This document shows, in pieces, positions 14,301 to 28,586 of a stretch of DNA of 64,000 nt (the first letter of the stretch is position 1; every line of letters begins with the position of its first letter). The translations under genes and the position numbers were made by a program. Where the stretch lies: the NCBI GenBank assembly GCA_043228905.1, contig JBHGNT010000006.1, positions 5,456,001 through 5,520,000 on the forward strand, written 5' to 3'. Below the pieces are notes generated by a model that was given only the letters and a program-made list of their open reading frames with translations, did no database searches and was not told where the DNA came from. This DNA comes from Azolla caroliniana. Its lineage: Eukaryota > Plantae > Polypodiophyta.

Positions 14301-16815
14301 TTCTAAGGCCTAGTGCATGTGATGCTTCTCTCACTCGAGGGGAAGGCATGATGCATGGCCGGTTTGAAGAGGTTACCTACAATCAGGGAAGTTCAGATTA
14401 TTCTCCTTCCAGTTCTGGAGCGCCACCTCTTGTTTCTCAAAATTGCTTTGATCATCGGGTTGATGGGGAATCAGTCTACAATGAAGTCGATCGAACTTGT
14501 TCACCTGACTTTGACACTTTTGAACCAAGTCTCTGGTTGATGTTGAATGAGAGTCCAGTTGATATTCATAAGGATTTACAAACAGATTCACAAAATGTTA
14601 AAGATGTTGGATGTACATTTAATGAACTTGTGGAGTGCCAAAGGAACGCAGGTGGCAGTAAATATACACATCAATCATGGGAAAGAATAATGAACTTGGC
14701 TACATATTCAGATGAGCAGGTCAATTATACAACATCAGAGAGAGAGGGATCAGGAAAGGGTTTGAATGTAGAATCACTATGGTCAGCAGGAGGATCTGAT
14801 CCTATCACTCCCACTGAACTGACAGATGGAGAGGAAGACTTTGATCAAGAATTGAAGCTTTTGGCACTTGAACAAGAACGAGAAGTGTTGGAACTTCGGA
14901 AGAAACATGAAAAGGCCATTCTAGAAGCAAAAACTAGACGGGAAAGAAAGAGTGGCATGACAACACCTTCAAATCCTGTAAAAGGTGGACCTCAATCGAG
15001 TTTTCTTTTGCCTTATGATGCGACTGATTCTACTATGTCTGATTCAGATTCACACAAGATTGGGGGAGGCATTAGTGGGGTCAACCAAGATTGTTCATCA
15101 TCCCATATAGAAACAAAAAGCCAATTATCAACTGGGAAAGGATATCCTCTTAGCAGAAGATCAATACACTCAGAAAGGATGTCTCTCACGGAATTGGCTG
15201 CCATGACAAATTCCAGGGTAGATGACGATACATCAATAAATTCACAACAGTCGTCTCTCCTCAACTCACAGGTACACGCTGCTTCACATATGATAATTAT
15301 AGAAAATTCCTGACACGTATGATTTTAGAGAGTAAACCGTTTTGTCTACAACCATTCAACATGATGTTGATATGGTGCCAGATGCTTGCATTTCTTACTT
15401 TTCTCTGCTGCCAACCAGCCTAAATCATCCGTTCTGAATGTCCCCATCCTATAAGAAATTGTAAAGTTCATAAACCAGAAAATTCACCCCTCAAATTTGT
15501 GATCCACTCGGAGGGAATAAGGGGAGCTATATAACTTTCAAGCCAGCTGCTAAATCTATCATGAAACGAAGCTTAATGCATGCTTTAGAAGGCAGGTTTT
15601 AACATGCTCTGACATGTTCAATGCTGTTTTCTTGGTTTGTTAAAATAAGCAATAAATTGTTTCGAATTTTGGATAGAATATGTTTCATATTTTTCAATAG
15701 CATGTATCTTTTTACTTTGAGATGTTCAAATAATCATGTACTGGGCCAAAATCCCTAGTCTTGACAACTCTTGTTGTTTGTAGATTTCCACCGTTTTCAA
15801 GATCGAAAAATGTACTTCAATAATGCAAGATAATCGAGGACAACTGATTCCAGAAAATCTTAGTATGGCATCCATTAAAACTGCACCCTTATCTGATAAA
15901 ATTATGGACAGAGTAGAAGGTGGAGCTTCTCTTCAGGGCTGTTTTGTTGATGATGACAACAAGGGAAGTCCATATGGACGGAATTTGGGCAATGTTGAGG
16001 TGAAGATGAGTAAAACTAGTCCTTATGCTCTGGAGGGTTTGTGTAATGTCTGTAAAATGGACTATGCATCTGCTATCATTTATCCCACAAACCCTCAAGA
16101 TCAGAAGGATTTGCACAGTGAGATGAATAAATCTCGTTGTTATGCTCTAAAGAGTTCATGTACTGTCTGTGATGGGGATTATGCACCTGCCACCATTCAT
16201 CCCACAGACCCTAAAACCTTTAATGAATTTCGAACGACAGAAGATGGCAGTTGCAGTAAGATCAAGACATCAGATTCTTATGCGCTTGAGAGTTTAGGTA
16301 ACTTCCATGACACTGAGGGTGCTACCATTCATCCCACAAACCCTAAAATCTGTAATGAGTTTCGAGTAATAGAATCTGAGGCTTATGATCGTGAGGGTTT
16401 GCATATAATTCATAACACTGACAATACAATTAGTACCGTTCATCCAAAAAACTCTACAATTTGTAATGAGTTTCAAGCATCAGATCTCAAATGCAGTGAT
16501 TTCCTGAAGGTCAATGATATTCAGACAGTTGAAGCAATAAATGCTCGAGTATCTGCAAATGAGGTAAGCATGATTTTGGAGTCTTCAAACAAGCTAGCAA
16601 CCCTGGATAATGATAGGCTATTGCAATTAAAGAAGGAACAACTCCAAAGGTCAATAGCTGAGCTTGAGGCAAAAACACTGGAGGGCCTTGAGCATGGTCT
16701 TATGGCTAATCGTACTGTCAATGGAAAGCCAACATGCAGCTCTTCAAGGTATGCCACAAATGGATTGGCATCACAATCTCAGCCCAATTCAGCGTCTGAG
16801 TCTAAAAAGCATTGA
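11397..16815 (+). CDS. WNK: WNK (With No Lysine) Ser/Thr kinase. Exons about 11397-11498, 12263-12300, 12410-12637, 12777-13000, 13105-13262, 13401-13902, 13983-15271, 15784-16815
   Basis: The spliced reading gives [64 protein letters not shown] and [13 protein letters not shown]. It also gives the plant-WNK conserved domain [34 protein letters not shown]. All junctions are GT-AG and phase-compatible. Confidence 0.95.
12301..12409 (+). other. U12-type (minor spliceosome) GT-AG intron in WNK
   Basis: Donor GTATCCTC (consensus RTATCCTT). Branch site CCTTAAC at 12392-12398, about 10 nt before the AG, with no polypyrimidine tract. Confidence 0.85.
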
Positions 16816-18644
16816 ATTTTTTATTTAGAGACAAGGGTCTTGATCACTCTTTATCTAATTTTATGCAATGGAAAAGGAAAGCATCGAATATCCTATATTG
16901 GCAGTTGTGTACATTGATAAGAGTTCAGATTTGTTGGATGTCTTTCTTCCATTTGCCATTATAGGTCTGCTATATCTATAGATTTTTCATTGCTCGACTT
17001 GCGTTTCAAAACAGAGGTTGGCATAACCATATATTTCGTCATGTATTATACCACTGTATAAGAATTGGTAGGGAAGCACTTTCTTCCTTCCAAATCGATG
17101 TTTCTCCGTTCCTTGATATAGCTGGAGGAATTGTTGTACATAATACAATTTTTTATACATATCATATTGGCAACTTACCTCGTGATGATTGATTATTGTT
17201 ATTCTTATCATGTTGTGAATACACTTGGCAAAGAAATCATACAAAGCTTCTCAGCTTCAGTGATTCTCTTTAAGTATCAGTTAAATTGTGTTATATGGAA
17301 GGAGCAGTTCTTTGATCGACGACAAACTGTAAGAGATTCACATCAAACCTGAAGTTGAGTGAGGTACAATCTTCCTTTTGTAACTTTTTTCCATGGTATT
17401 GTTATCCTTTGCAGATCTTTTTTCTTATCAATTCAGAGGTTTGGTAATGGTGTCCATACACAACAGCAGATCAAAACATCTGCATTTGAATTCGTTGATT
17501 TCAAGCCAAGAAAAAAATTGTTATTGAATGGTCATGTTTGCCCTGAAAAGACCTGGTTGTTCAGCCATCTTTTCATTCTGCTTAGCTTTGGATATGCATT
17601 GGAAACACAACTTTCTGATCAAACTAGCTCCGTTTGAGGGTTTCAGTTAGGCTGCAGTCAGAATGGTTGGTTTCTCCTCAGAAGGATGGTATTCTCAATA
17701 ATCGGAACAATGATATTCTGACAAGAAATAACATCCAAAAGATTTTATGAAAAGCCAATGATCAAGTTGACTCTTAACAGTTTTTTGGTATTATGCTTGG
17801 TGGCACCAAGATCTACACAAATTCCCACTTTCGAATGTTTGTACTAAATTTTTTGAAGTGTTTGTGAAATAACATAGTTTAATGTAGAAATATCAAAACT
17901 AAGCACATTTTAGTTCCACCCATTTCTATTGCACATTCATATTGATAAAATCCAATAAGATATTGACTGATTGAATTTGATAATGATGCTATTTACATTT
18001 CAACATAGAATCAGGAGAATGTAGAAAACTTAATACCTAGCAGCCATCTATGTTTCAATACATTCTTGGAGTTTTTGTAAAGGGGTCCATCCAATTGCAT
18101 AAATAGCCAATGTATGATAGATAGTTCGTGCACGCATGTTTCTTCACCTTTTGCATATAAACTGCAATAAAAATACAAGACCCCTCCATGTGTATGCACA
18201 TAGACTCAGACGGTTCATTTGTATCACATATATATGCTTCGGATCACAGTGTAGATTGGTTGGTTTAGGTACAAAGTAAGGTTCAAGCAAGAAGTTTCAA
18301 AAACGTGAAACAACTCCATTGAAGCCATCATGAAATAATAGTATGCATGTTTTCAACTAATATACATCTCTACAACCAACATTAGATGTTTTATTGCTCA
18401 AATTCTCGCCTTGAGCTTAGGTTACATATGTTGGAGATTAATATTGTCACTATGATACAACCAAGATCACTGAATTGGATTTGCTCATTAAAAGAACAAT
18501 GAATATCAAAGAATGACCAAAATTACATGTAGCCAATGTTGACCCCATACCACCACATCCAAGGGAAATGTTGCTATAATACCACCATGTCCAACTGGAA
18601 TGTTGCTTCCCCCATGCAGCACAAAATCAATCTAAAATAACAAG

Positions 18645-20115
18645 TTAGAGTCTACAACTTAGACAGTTACAAGACATTGGAATAAATGAGCAAAAACCAA
18701 ATGGCCTGTTTGGAGAGCCACAAGTAATTGTGTAGCAACAAGCACTCGGTATGCAAAGCCTTGTATGTTCTCGACAACATGTGCATAAAGCACAAATTTC
18801 AAAACTCCCAAGTTGTCGTCTCGTGCTATTAAGGAATTGTTTCTCCAATCCTAAATTTGGGAAGATTTTCCAATCGGTAGTGACATTTTCGAAAAGCACA
18901 TGATCATTATGTATATGGGGCAAACTTAGAGTCGAGGTCTTCCCCTGATACAAAATAATATCGCAGACATATCACTTGTTAGAAAGGAATATCATGACAA
19001 GCGCAAAATTTTCAGCGCCTGAATCCACTGAAACAATGCATAAAAAATAGGTCAACATCTGGTCTGCAACATATTTCTTAAATGGATTCGTACATTGGTT
19101 GTCTCTTAGTCATTAAACCAGAAAAACAACACTCGTCCAAATAAGGCGTGATTTAGCTAGTAGATGACTCATCTTCAAGGAAGGAAGAAGGAGATAGTTA
19201 ATTCTAGTACTTGTGATTCGTATTAGGCCAGGAATCGATGATTCAGAAGGCACTTGTAAACCATTGGAATCTACAATCAAACATCCATTGAAAATTCATC
19301 TGGCGGTCAAGATAGGTATAATTTGGGACATATGTGTTTTAGACGGAAGAGATTAAGCTACAAATATTATTTGTCTGGAAAGTGCATCACAACATTTCAA
19401 TCTTATCCAAAAGACAAGAATTAGTGGATACAACAATCCTACAATTGAAATATGTAACCATAACGTGTCAGTACAACATAGAAGAGTCTTTAAACCCTAA
19501 TTTTTACACATTATTCATTGAATAAAAGACCATCTGCATCATAGCCATAAAGTATGTGAAGGGTTTTTACATTGCATTCTTCTTTTTTGTTATTTTGTCT
19601 TATGCCGGCAGGGGTTAGGAGGCATATTTCTCTTGCTGCAAAGAGTAATTTGGCATCAAGGCATCTCAACCTTAAGTGGTTGAAGGTCTCGATCTCTCTG
19701 ATCGCAACGTAATTCAGTCTTTCGGAGTTTCACTCTGGGTGGCAGTGATCCTCACCACGCCCAAGTTGCCATCTCGAGTTGTTTCCAATCTTAGGGTTGC
19801 TTTAATTTGTACCACACCCACAACAGCCCCCCATCTCGAATGCTAGGTGCTTGGATAACAAATCTTATGGATTCACTAAACCTCCCTCCATTAAGATGAA
19901 CTCTTTTTAACCCAAATATCTTGGATGACACCCACCATTTGTTGGATCACCACGTGTGGTTGAATGGATGACACGTGTCATTCTGTGTTTAGAGTGATAT
20001 GATTTGATCTATTCGAAACCCTTAAGAGTTTTCTGTGAAATCTACCCATATTACTCTATTTTGCAAGAGAAGAAAACTACAATTTGCATGTGCATATATG
20101 CGTACATACATCTAC

Positions 20116-20159
<44 letters not shown>

Positions 20160-20510
20160 TCATATACATACATTCATATATATATATATTCATATACATA
20201 CATTCATATATGTACATATGTGTGTATGGATGGATGGATAAGTAACATATAGACAATACATATATTTAGTGTTACTAGAACATACATGAACACAAAAGAA
20301 ACCCTAATGCTTATTTGAGAAAACATGTGATGCAACCGTTTTCTATCAGAATGATGGAAACAGAGAAAAGAAGTATGGATGGATAGAAGATACCTCTGAT
20401 GGAAGGTTTTCTGAGAAGGGGATGTTTCCCTTGGTTGGTGCAGCAAATTGAAGGAGAAGAAGAAGAGGGAGGAGTAAGGAGAAGAAGGAGAAGATGAGGG
20501 GACAAGACAT
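18645..20510 (-). CDS. Secreted cysteine-rich small protein, 138 aa, two exons (20510-20394, 18944-18645)
   Basis: Exon 1 encodes MSCPLIFSFFSLLLPLLLLLQFAAPTKG-NIPFSENLPSE (signal peptide) and ends at a GT donor. A phase-0 acceptor TTTTGTATCAG leads to ...RRQLGSFEICALCTCC...CIPSACCYTITCGSPNRPFGFCSFIPMSCNCLSCRL*. From memory this resembles a conserved uncharacterised land-plant family. Confidence 0.85.
20095..20225. repeat. (CA)n/(TA)n microsatellite in the CRP intron
   Basis: Directly visible. Confidence 0.9.
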
Positions 20511-22224
20511 GATTGGAGAGAAGGTTAAGAAGGTCTAGGTCCTAGAAGGAAGGAAAGAAGGAAGGAGAAGGGCATAGTTTTAGGTGTAAAGAGAAAGAAG
20601 AAGAAGAAGAAGAAGAGGAAGGAGATGGAGATGGTGATGATGATGATGATGACAGGTAGACAAGATAGCATTGAATGAATGTATCCATACACTCATACAT
20701 ACATACATTCTCTCTGTCTCATGTCTTCTTCTTCTTCTTCTTCTTCTTCTTCTTCTTTCTTCTTGCTCTTTTTCTCTAACAACTACTACTATTACTCTTC
20801 ATAATGGTGAATTGAGTGCTTTGTGTGTGTAAAGTGAAAGAGTAGGTCCTGCCCTGCCTCAGCTTTCTGTTTCAGACATAAACCCTCTTATCCATGCCTC
20901 TTGCAGGCTGCAGTTAAGCCATTATTCGGCCACAAACCCAACAGCAGACATGTCGGGCAGGAGGAACTAGGGTTGTATTTTCGGGACGGGGCTCACATTG
21001 AATTGCTCACATCAACCCATCCATGGTTACTTTGGGTGCACATTGGGTGGTATGGGATCGATACCTTCCTCTTATTCTTCTTATTCTTCCCCAGCCCCCC
21101 ACAAACGGACAAGGGTGGAAAAAGCGATCCATGCAAGATCCGGGTTTATGTGTATGCCCAATCAATCCAAAGCCTATTCGAGGTGGACACGCTTTAGTGC
21201 CCACAATGATTGAAGTGTTGGCTTGCTTGCTAATCGTTGGGCCATTGTCTTAATCGCCTTTACTCGTTGCTCCTAGGTTTACCCTTTTTACAAAGGAATA
21301 TCATGTGTTGCTTGATTGAAGAGTAAGAAACTCTATAAGATTGTGTATGATGGATAGCATGCTTCTTTCTAGTTCTAGAAGAGAAATGCATGGACGTACT
21401 TTTTCATGTCATCCGTAATAACAAAGATCGTGTGATTGTGCGTGGCTTAATCTATGCACCAGTAAGGTTGTGTATGATGATATTTGGGTAACGGGTTATG
21501 TTGTGAAATAATAACCCTAAATTAGACCACAATAAATGGTGTTCATACATAAAGGGATATCAGGTTGCCACTATGTAATGGGGTGAATGAATGGGTGAGT
21601 GTATTGAATATATCCTTGTATTGGTGTCACGACTCACTCCTACAACTATATGTCAATTAACCTCTCAAGCTTGTGCCCTAAGGAGACAATATGTCAAACT
21701 AAGTGGTTAATCTCATGCATCTTAAATCTCCACAAGTCTAAATTTGCATCTCAATTTACCTCCTTAAGTTTTGTTTTTTCTCTACAAAGGAATATCTCAT
21801 ATGAATTGGTGTTTTTTTAAATAGCGGTATTAGAAAAAATTCCCTAGTGCTCAAAAGCATAAATTTATTATGCATCTAAATTCCCCCGTGTAGCCTTAGA
21901 AATCATTTCACTATAAGTCTAGAATGATCTATAAACCGGAAGGAAGACAATAGATTCATGTATAGTTATTCTATTTGTTCATAATTGCTCATGGGTAAAT
22001 TTGGTACAATCAATATGTCCATATGTGTATGAATTGGAAAATACGTACAACTTTCAAAAGTCAAGTTTAGTTGGTAAGGGTCATAGGAGTATGAACAAGT
22101 TACCTTTCCTCAAAATCAATAATCATATATCTACATTATTGTAGCATCCTATTGCTAAACCCGACATATTAGGTTGATTCTTGATATCATTAGAATGAGT
22201 TGGCACCTACATCCTAACTACCAT

Positions 22225-22424
22225 GCACACCCTCAGAATGGTTGGTACCCACCAATGTTAGGATTTGATGTTCTATAATTTCATCAAACATACATTTTTA
22301 AAGCATGTCAATTTTATCGAAATGGCACACCCTCGGAATGGCGGGTACCCACCAATGTTAGGATCTCATGTTCTATAAAATCATCAGACGTGCATTGTTA
22401 AAGCATGTCGATTTTATTGAAATG
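22225..22424. repeat. 100-bp tandem duplication
   Basis: GCACACCCTC.GAATGG..GGTACCCACCAATGTTAGGAT starts at 22225 and 22325. Confidence 0.85.
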
Positions 22425-23299
22425 ATGCATATCTCTAACTTGGGGGTAAATTGACATTCTAAAAAATTCATTACTTGTTTGGGGGCATAAATATAAGACA
22501 TTGTCATGAAACCACATAATATCATAGAAAGTTTCAGGTTTATGTTTCAATATATCATACCATTTGAAGCTTCAAAGCATTATCGCCACGAAAACCTCTT
22601 AAATTTTAATCTCGCATCTTTTCTTGAAGCTTTGCCATGTTATTACTTTTGACAAAAGAAACTTTGCAATGGTGTAATGCAACAATCGAATTTCTTGCAT
22701 AGATATGACGTAAATGGATCATGTGATCGCTTTCAATTCCATGTAGTTTATGCAAATTCACAACATTGTCTTTATAAATTGTATCCAATTGTGGGTGATA
22801 TTGGTGTGAAATGCCTTTAATATCAACAAAAGTCATCAATCTACTCTCAATATGTACCTTTCTCATGAAAGTTTCAACATGAAATGCATGTATAACAAAT
22901 CTATTGTCAAGGAATGACAGATGGAAAGTTTCAATGATAAATTTCAAATGGTATCATTATTTGGACATGCCCCCATGAAATGTACTGTTCGACACATCAA
23001 GCTCTACAAAGAACATCATCAAGAAAAAACAAAACAAAACAAAAGGTGTGCCTTATTGATGCAAACAATTTAAATAGTTAATAATAAATTCAATTGAGTT
23101 ATATGCTAGTAGACTATTGAGGACGAACCAAGAGTCGAGAAAGAAAAGGGTGTTTGGTCTATATTGCACATATGTGTATCCCTTCAAACTTACGAATAGT
23201 ACCATCATATGAACGTTGTCGACAAATAATGTGTTGCAAGATGTTGCATATAAAATCAAGAATTTAGTGATGTCAATCTAAATGCACTTGTGCAAGATT

Positions 23300-24050
23300 T
23301 GCGAAAGTCAAGTGTTTTTTCAAGATAGTGTGCATAAATTGTATATATAAAATTTGCAACTGTTGTTAAGTCTCAAACATTAGGTTTGATGTTTGTGCTT
23401 GCTACTCATCAAAGGATATTGTCAGCTATAGGGATGCAAATGTTTTGTTCGCAATTAGGTTACGCTTCAATATAATGATAGCAAATCACAAAGGAAGATG
23501 CCCCAAGTATTTAGATGTATGTATTTCTATTAAGTTTGCCTTCCCTTTACAAATTCTCATAACAATTGTTTTAGTGCACAATGCCACCAATATCACAACA
23601 TTCTTACAAGTCGAACAATAGTGATGGTAGTAGGCTTGAGACAAACCAGTCAATGGATCCATCCATCTACCAAAATCACGATGATCATGTAAGATAAGGT
23701 AAAGTGTAAGCGAAGGTTCTTTTTTAAAGCAACGATTAGTAGGATCTTCGAGGGTGACACTCATTTGTATTTCTTTAGTTTTTCCTAACAAACACATGCA
23801 ATTATTTATTTGTGTTACTACGAGATAGGAACCTACACTCTAGATTATTATCATTATATAATGATGCATATACCATATCAATTAGGGCAAGTGCTATATT
23901 TTGTTTTGGACGGCACTTTACACAGTTACTCGTGCATAGACAACAAACGTTTTCCCACCTAACCGTGGTAATGGGTATGAGTTTTCCATTCGGATCGTGT
24001 GACTCTTTCAAAATGGTTTTACATGCCATGTGACATTTTCAAAGGCCTCA
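23300..24050 (-). pseudogene. Highly decayed hAT-like transposase remnant
   Basis: Scattered minus-strand peptides (KLIPITTVRWEN, YWWH, IVMRI, NCEQN) fall in the order of the hAT TRW and C-terminal dimerisation motifs. There are many stops and frameshifts. Confidence 0.35.
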
Positions 24051-24436
24051 AATAAGCAGTCAACCATTAAATCCTACCAATTTCCCACAATCTCGATACT
24101 TAAAGAATTGACATGGGTCATTCATAATATTTTTTAATCTATACTATTACTAGTGTGAACTTTTATTTACTTCTATGTGGTTTCAAGAATGCTTAGAGTT
24201 TCTTAGGAATCATAAACTAGAGAATAAATTGGTTAAAACTAATAAATAAGTAATAGTAATTACTAGATAATTAACAAGAAGTAGGGTTCCAAAGTAGTCC
24301 CATGGCATTCAACTGAACATTTTGATGTTCTGATCTAACAAAAGCTATATAAAGGACGTCATTATTATGAATATTGTATGTTGGCATCATAAAATAGTCA
24401 ATGACAAATTATATGATCCAAATATGAATTTAATGT

Positions 24437-24951
24437 TGTTAACCGGCGGGACAAGTGAGACAAGTGTGAAACGTATCAAAAGGAGCCGAACACTAACAAC
24501 CGAATAAGGAAGCCGAATATCAAGGAAGGAGCGGGTGGAAAGCACCGGGCTGAAGGAAGCTATATATATGGGGGAATAATGAACACGTGAGGGAGAGCGC
24601 AGAAGGATCTGAGAAACTATGATTAGGGATAGGCTAACAGAGAGTGAGTGAGTGTTCACCAATTATACTCAGTGCTTATATTTGTACATGTATGCTACAT
24701 TTAATCGAATATACATATATGCATTGGGGGTAACTTCCGTGTCTGTCTCATCTCTATACACATATATCTGTATAACGTTTGGTCTGTGTAATGATGTATA
24801 TACTAATCGGCTGTAGCCGAATTCAACGTGTCAGTCTTATTCCCTATAACGATCCGATTAACGTTCGACCCCGAGTCTCCTTCACACCACAATACCTTGA
24901 CCCGATTACTTAGGAGGGGTAATCGAAGGTGTTCTCCAAGAGGGAGTAACA
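24437..24951 (+). mobile_element. Solo LTR of a Gypsy family related to the 35-41 kb element
   Basis: TGTTA...TAACA termini. Flanks AATGT and AATGC (4/5 TSD). TATA-like TATATATA near 24561. The 3' end ATCGAAGGTGTT...GTAACA is shared with the LTRs ending at 35537 and 41696. Confidence 0.75.
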
Positions 24952-27900
24952 AATGCGTGGTTTTTTAGCGTTGGTCAAAGTAATGTATAATGTGTAACTA
25001 GACTCGTTTAAACATATATTATTGAAGTTGCATCCATTGAGAATAAAAAAGCTCAATGTAAAATACGCAACCAAACTTGTCGAAACATATAGTGCTAAAC
25101 TTGTGTCCACTAAGAACAAAAAAACTTTAAAATGTGAAGGTTTTCAAAAACGATGACAAATAAGGCTACATGGAAGATGGTAAAACCTAAAAAGGTGTAT
25201 ATTTCACGAGTCGTGTTTGATTGAAGAGAGGAAAATACTTTGAGAAGGATTTTAACCATTGGCCTCTCACTTTTACTTCCATAGAGAGAAGAAATTGGTT
25301 GAAACTGGAAATCTTGCTTTCATTAAGAAATTAAAGTTGTCCTTGACTTTTTTTTGGAAGCAATTAAAAAAACTTGCCATGTGATGATAAGCTCTTTCAA
25401 AATTTCCACACATTTCGGAGGTTTGATGAAGAACTACTCATACATTAACTTTGAGTTGATAGAATGCATTAATATGTTATCATGGTACGAGGTAAGTAGT
25501 TAGGATTTGTTTTGTATGAATCATAATTCGAAAGACTTCGTCAATGAACATACAAGTTCGTTGCTCTATAGTTAATTTTTCATATGTATTTGTTGTTTCG
25601 TATTTTTCCATATTCAAGGAAGTTTGATGGATGAAATAATAATGATTAGACTACATACAAATACAATCAAACAAAAGTCTCATCAAATCTTTTCATCTTA
25701 TTACATAATGACGTATATCAACAAGAAGAAAGAAAACATGTTGGCTTTTGTTATGTTGCAATTCAAGTTTAATTGTTGCTCTTTGTCATGGCAAGCCTAC
25801 AACTAGAAAATTTCAATTGTTTGATTGTGGACATCCATGATCAATGATATATCATTGGAACACTTTACATGTCCAATGTCTTAAGAACTCTTTTGTTCAT
25901 AATTGTTTGCCTAATCTAGGTTTGTTGACACAAGAAAGAAAATTAATCATCACTGTTGAATATATGGATATACTAGACTTGTACTAAACAAGAAAATCAT
26001 ATATGTATGCTTGCAATTGTAATATTACATTATTGTGAACCATGTAATCCTATAGTACATGCAACCTAGAAAATGCAAATTTTATAGATGTGGTTCACAT
26101 GTTAAAAGTTTTGAGTTGTTACAACAAGCAAAATTTGCTTCCATGACCACTTATATAGCTTAACCCCATTCACGCGCCAATACATTGTTATCCATGCATG
26201 GGACACCCTACACATATATAGGGCACCATCGCCTATGTACGTATTCCCTTTACACGTGCTCAACTGCCAACATAGGCCATTCCATGTGCACTCGTGTCAT
26301 ACTCTAGCTTAGTATTGTCGTTATTATGCTATGATAAGCATGTAACGTTAATCGCCTCGAGACTAAGGATAGGTTCCAATTGGAAAGCAAATGTATAAGC
26401 GGAAAATATTTGCAATAAGATGTGGTATACCGTATACATAAAATGTAACTTTATTAAGGGGACAATATTCAAACATGGTATTTCCAACCTACAAAGCATT
26501 ATAACTACTAGTAACGTAGAGATTGTTCAAACTTTCAAAGCATCTATATATTCTTCGTCTATTAGCTCATATGTGTCCTTTGTGAGATCTCAAATCGACA
26601 TACCCATCTCTTGGGCTAGAACCTTAATGGTACCCCTCCCTCCCTCTCGCTCTCTCACACACACATTAAGCTAATGCTCTTTTGCACAACATCGTGATTA
26701 TTGGGAGAAATACAACACATGGCATCATTCCCACATGAAATCACACAATATATCAACATAAGTTCTCACTTTCTCGATATAAAGTCGTCTTCCCCTACAC
26801 AAATAAGAAATGTCATTTTGTGTATGTTAGAAAGTTGTCTTTCGTGGCATGAATACCAAAAGTATATGAACTAAAACCGTATAACGTTAAAAAATCTCAT
26901 AGTGATCTTAAGGTATTGGTAGGACTAGTTAGCATAAAGATAGCGCCTTTAGGGACATGTTCCGCAAAGCTCAACTACAAGAACTAAAGAATCAATCTTC
27001 CTTTCCAATATCATGTATGTTTTGGTACTCCATTATTATGTATGCATAATATATGTGAAGATAGGTCAAGAATATTTACAAAATATAAGTGAAAGGTGTG
27101 TTAACTAATGTTAGAAATGGACTAATGTGATTGGATAGATGGAATGATGGGTGCATGCACATGATATTGACAATCAATGAATGAAGAGTCTTTTACAAAA
27201 GCACATGCATTCAAGGGCCCTAAGAAGAAGTACAAATATGAGGACTAGTTGCCCTCATAAAACACATTACATCAAAACGTTGAAGTCTTAAGATTCTAGT
27301 AGTGTAGGATAGGCTTTCGTCACAACGATCATGTTACCTCTTCCAAGGTACCAATCATCCTAATATACATCGGTGTAAGATGTTGCTTGATCATAGCTTG
27401 GGGAAGGTCAGGAGGATCAAGTCCTTCTACCCAATCTATTCACCTTTCTTTTGTATTACTTTGGTTGATTGATTAGTAAACGATGCTAACATCCATGGAG
27501 GCCATCAAACAATAACCCATTTCACATACTCCAATGATACAACAAACCAAGATATCTAAGGTAGTAAAATAAAGGAGAAATTATATGAACTTATTAAGAA
27601 TGCTGAAGTATGGAACATAATAAGTTGAATGACTTTAGTGATTAAGCAACATAGGGAATCTACTCAAGCAATGTATCGCCAAAACGTGCACCATGTTAAA
27701 TCTTTGTCGAGCAATTTCGTGACCTTTCAACATATTTCTTTCCTACGTAAAGAAACAAACAATTCCATCAATGTACTACTTTCTCCCTTCAAGGTATATC
27801 TTCCAAGTGTGGGCCATGAGTTGAATACTGAAAGAAGACTTGGTCTAATGTGAATAAAGCCTTTTCGAAATGCAAGATATCGAACGAAGAAACACACATT

Positions 27901-28586
27901 ATACCTTTTTTAAATTGATGTAATGTAATGTGAATCTTACATTAGCTAGATTATTCTAGAAGTGATGTTCATGTGGTACCAAGCCCTCCTTCCGCTGTAA
28001 CGTTTTTCAAGGCTTGGGAAAGGATTCATTCTCTTTAATGAGAAGCAAATGCGACGTAACACATTAACGCTTATGCTCTTTCCTGAAATAGATCGAGTCA
28101 TTTCTACGCAGCATTCCAAGCGGGGCACAATAGGAGGATAGAGTGTCAGCTTGGACATTTCGCCGGCCCATACGTGTAGTGTCCTCAGAGAATCATGAGA
28201 TGGTGACAAGATTGGTATAGGAGAAATGAGGGGTATTGTGGAAAATTAGGAGGGGTATTTTGGAAAATGATGAGGGGCATGGCCCTAAATAATGAATGTT
28301 TTCTCCCCTGTTCATTAGTTCAAACTAGAAGAAGAAGAAGAAGAAGAAGAAGAAGAAGAAGAACTTTCCTCTTTCTTTACCTCTCCATCTCTGCATTTCG
28401 TTCTTCATCATCAATCTCAGAGTTACACAGACAAAAAAAGAACTCCAGAAATGGGCTACTTACGCTGAATCAGGATTCCAGGTTCCTGATAAAAAAAAAC
28501 CTTCATTGAGAATCGAGAAAATTTGCTTCCTCTGTATTCCCGTGTGTCTGTGTTTTAATTCCTTACTGAGAGGCCAAAAGATCTCA

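Noticed and set aside
20900-21250. Possible miR159/319-like hairpin (TTGGATTGA on the minus strand)
   Set aside because: Only a 9-nt match and no convincing long stem.
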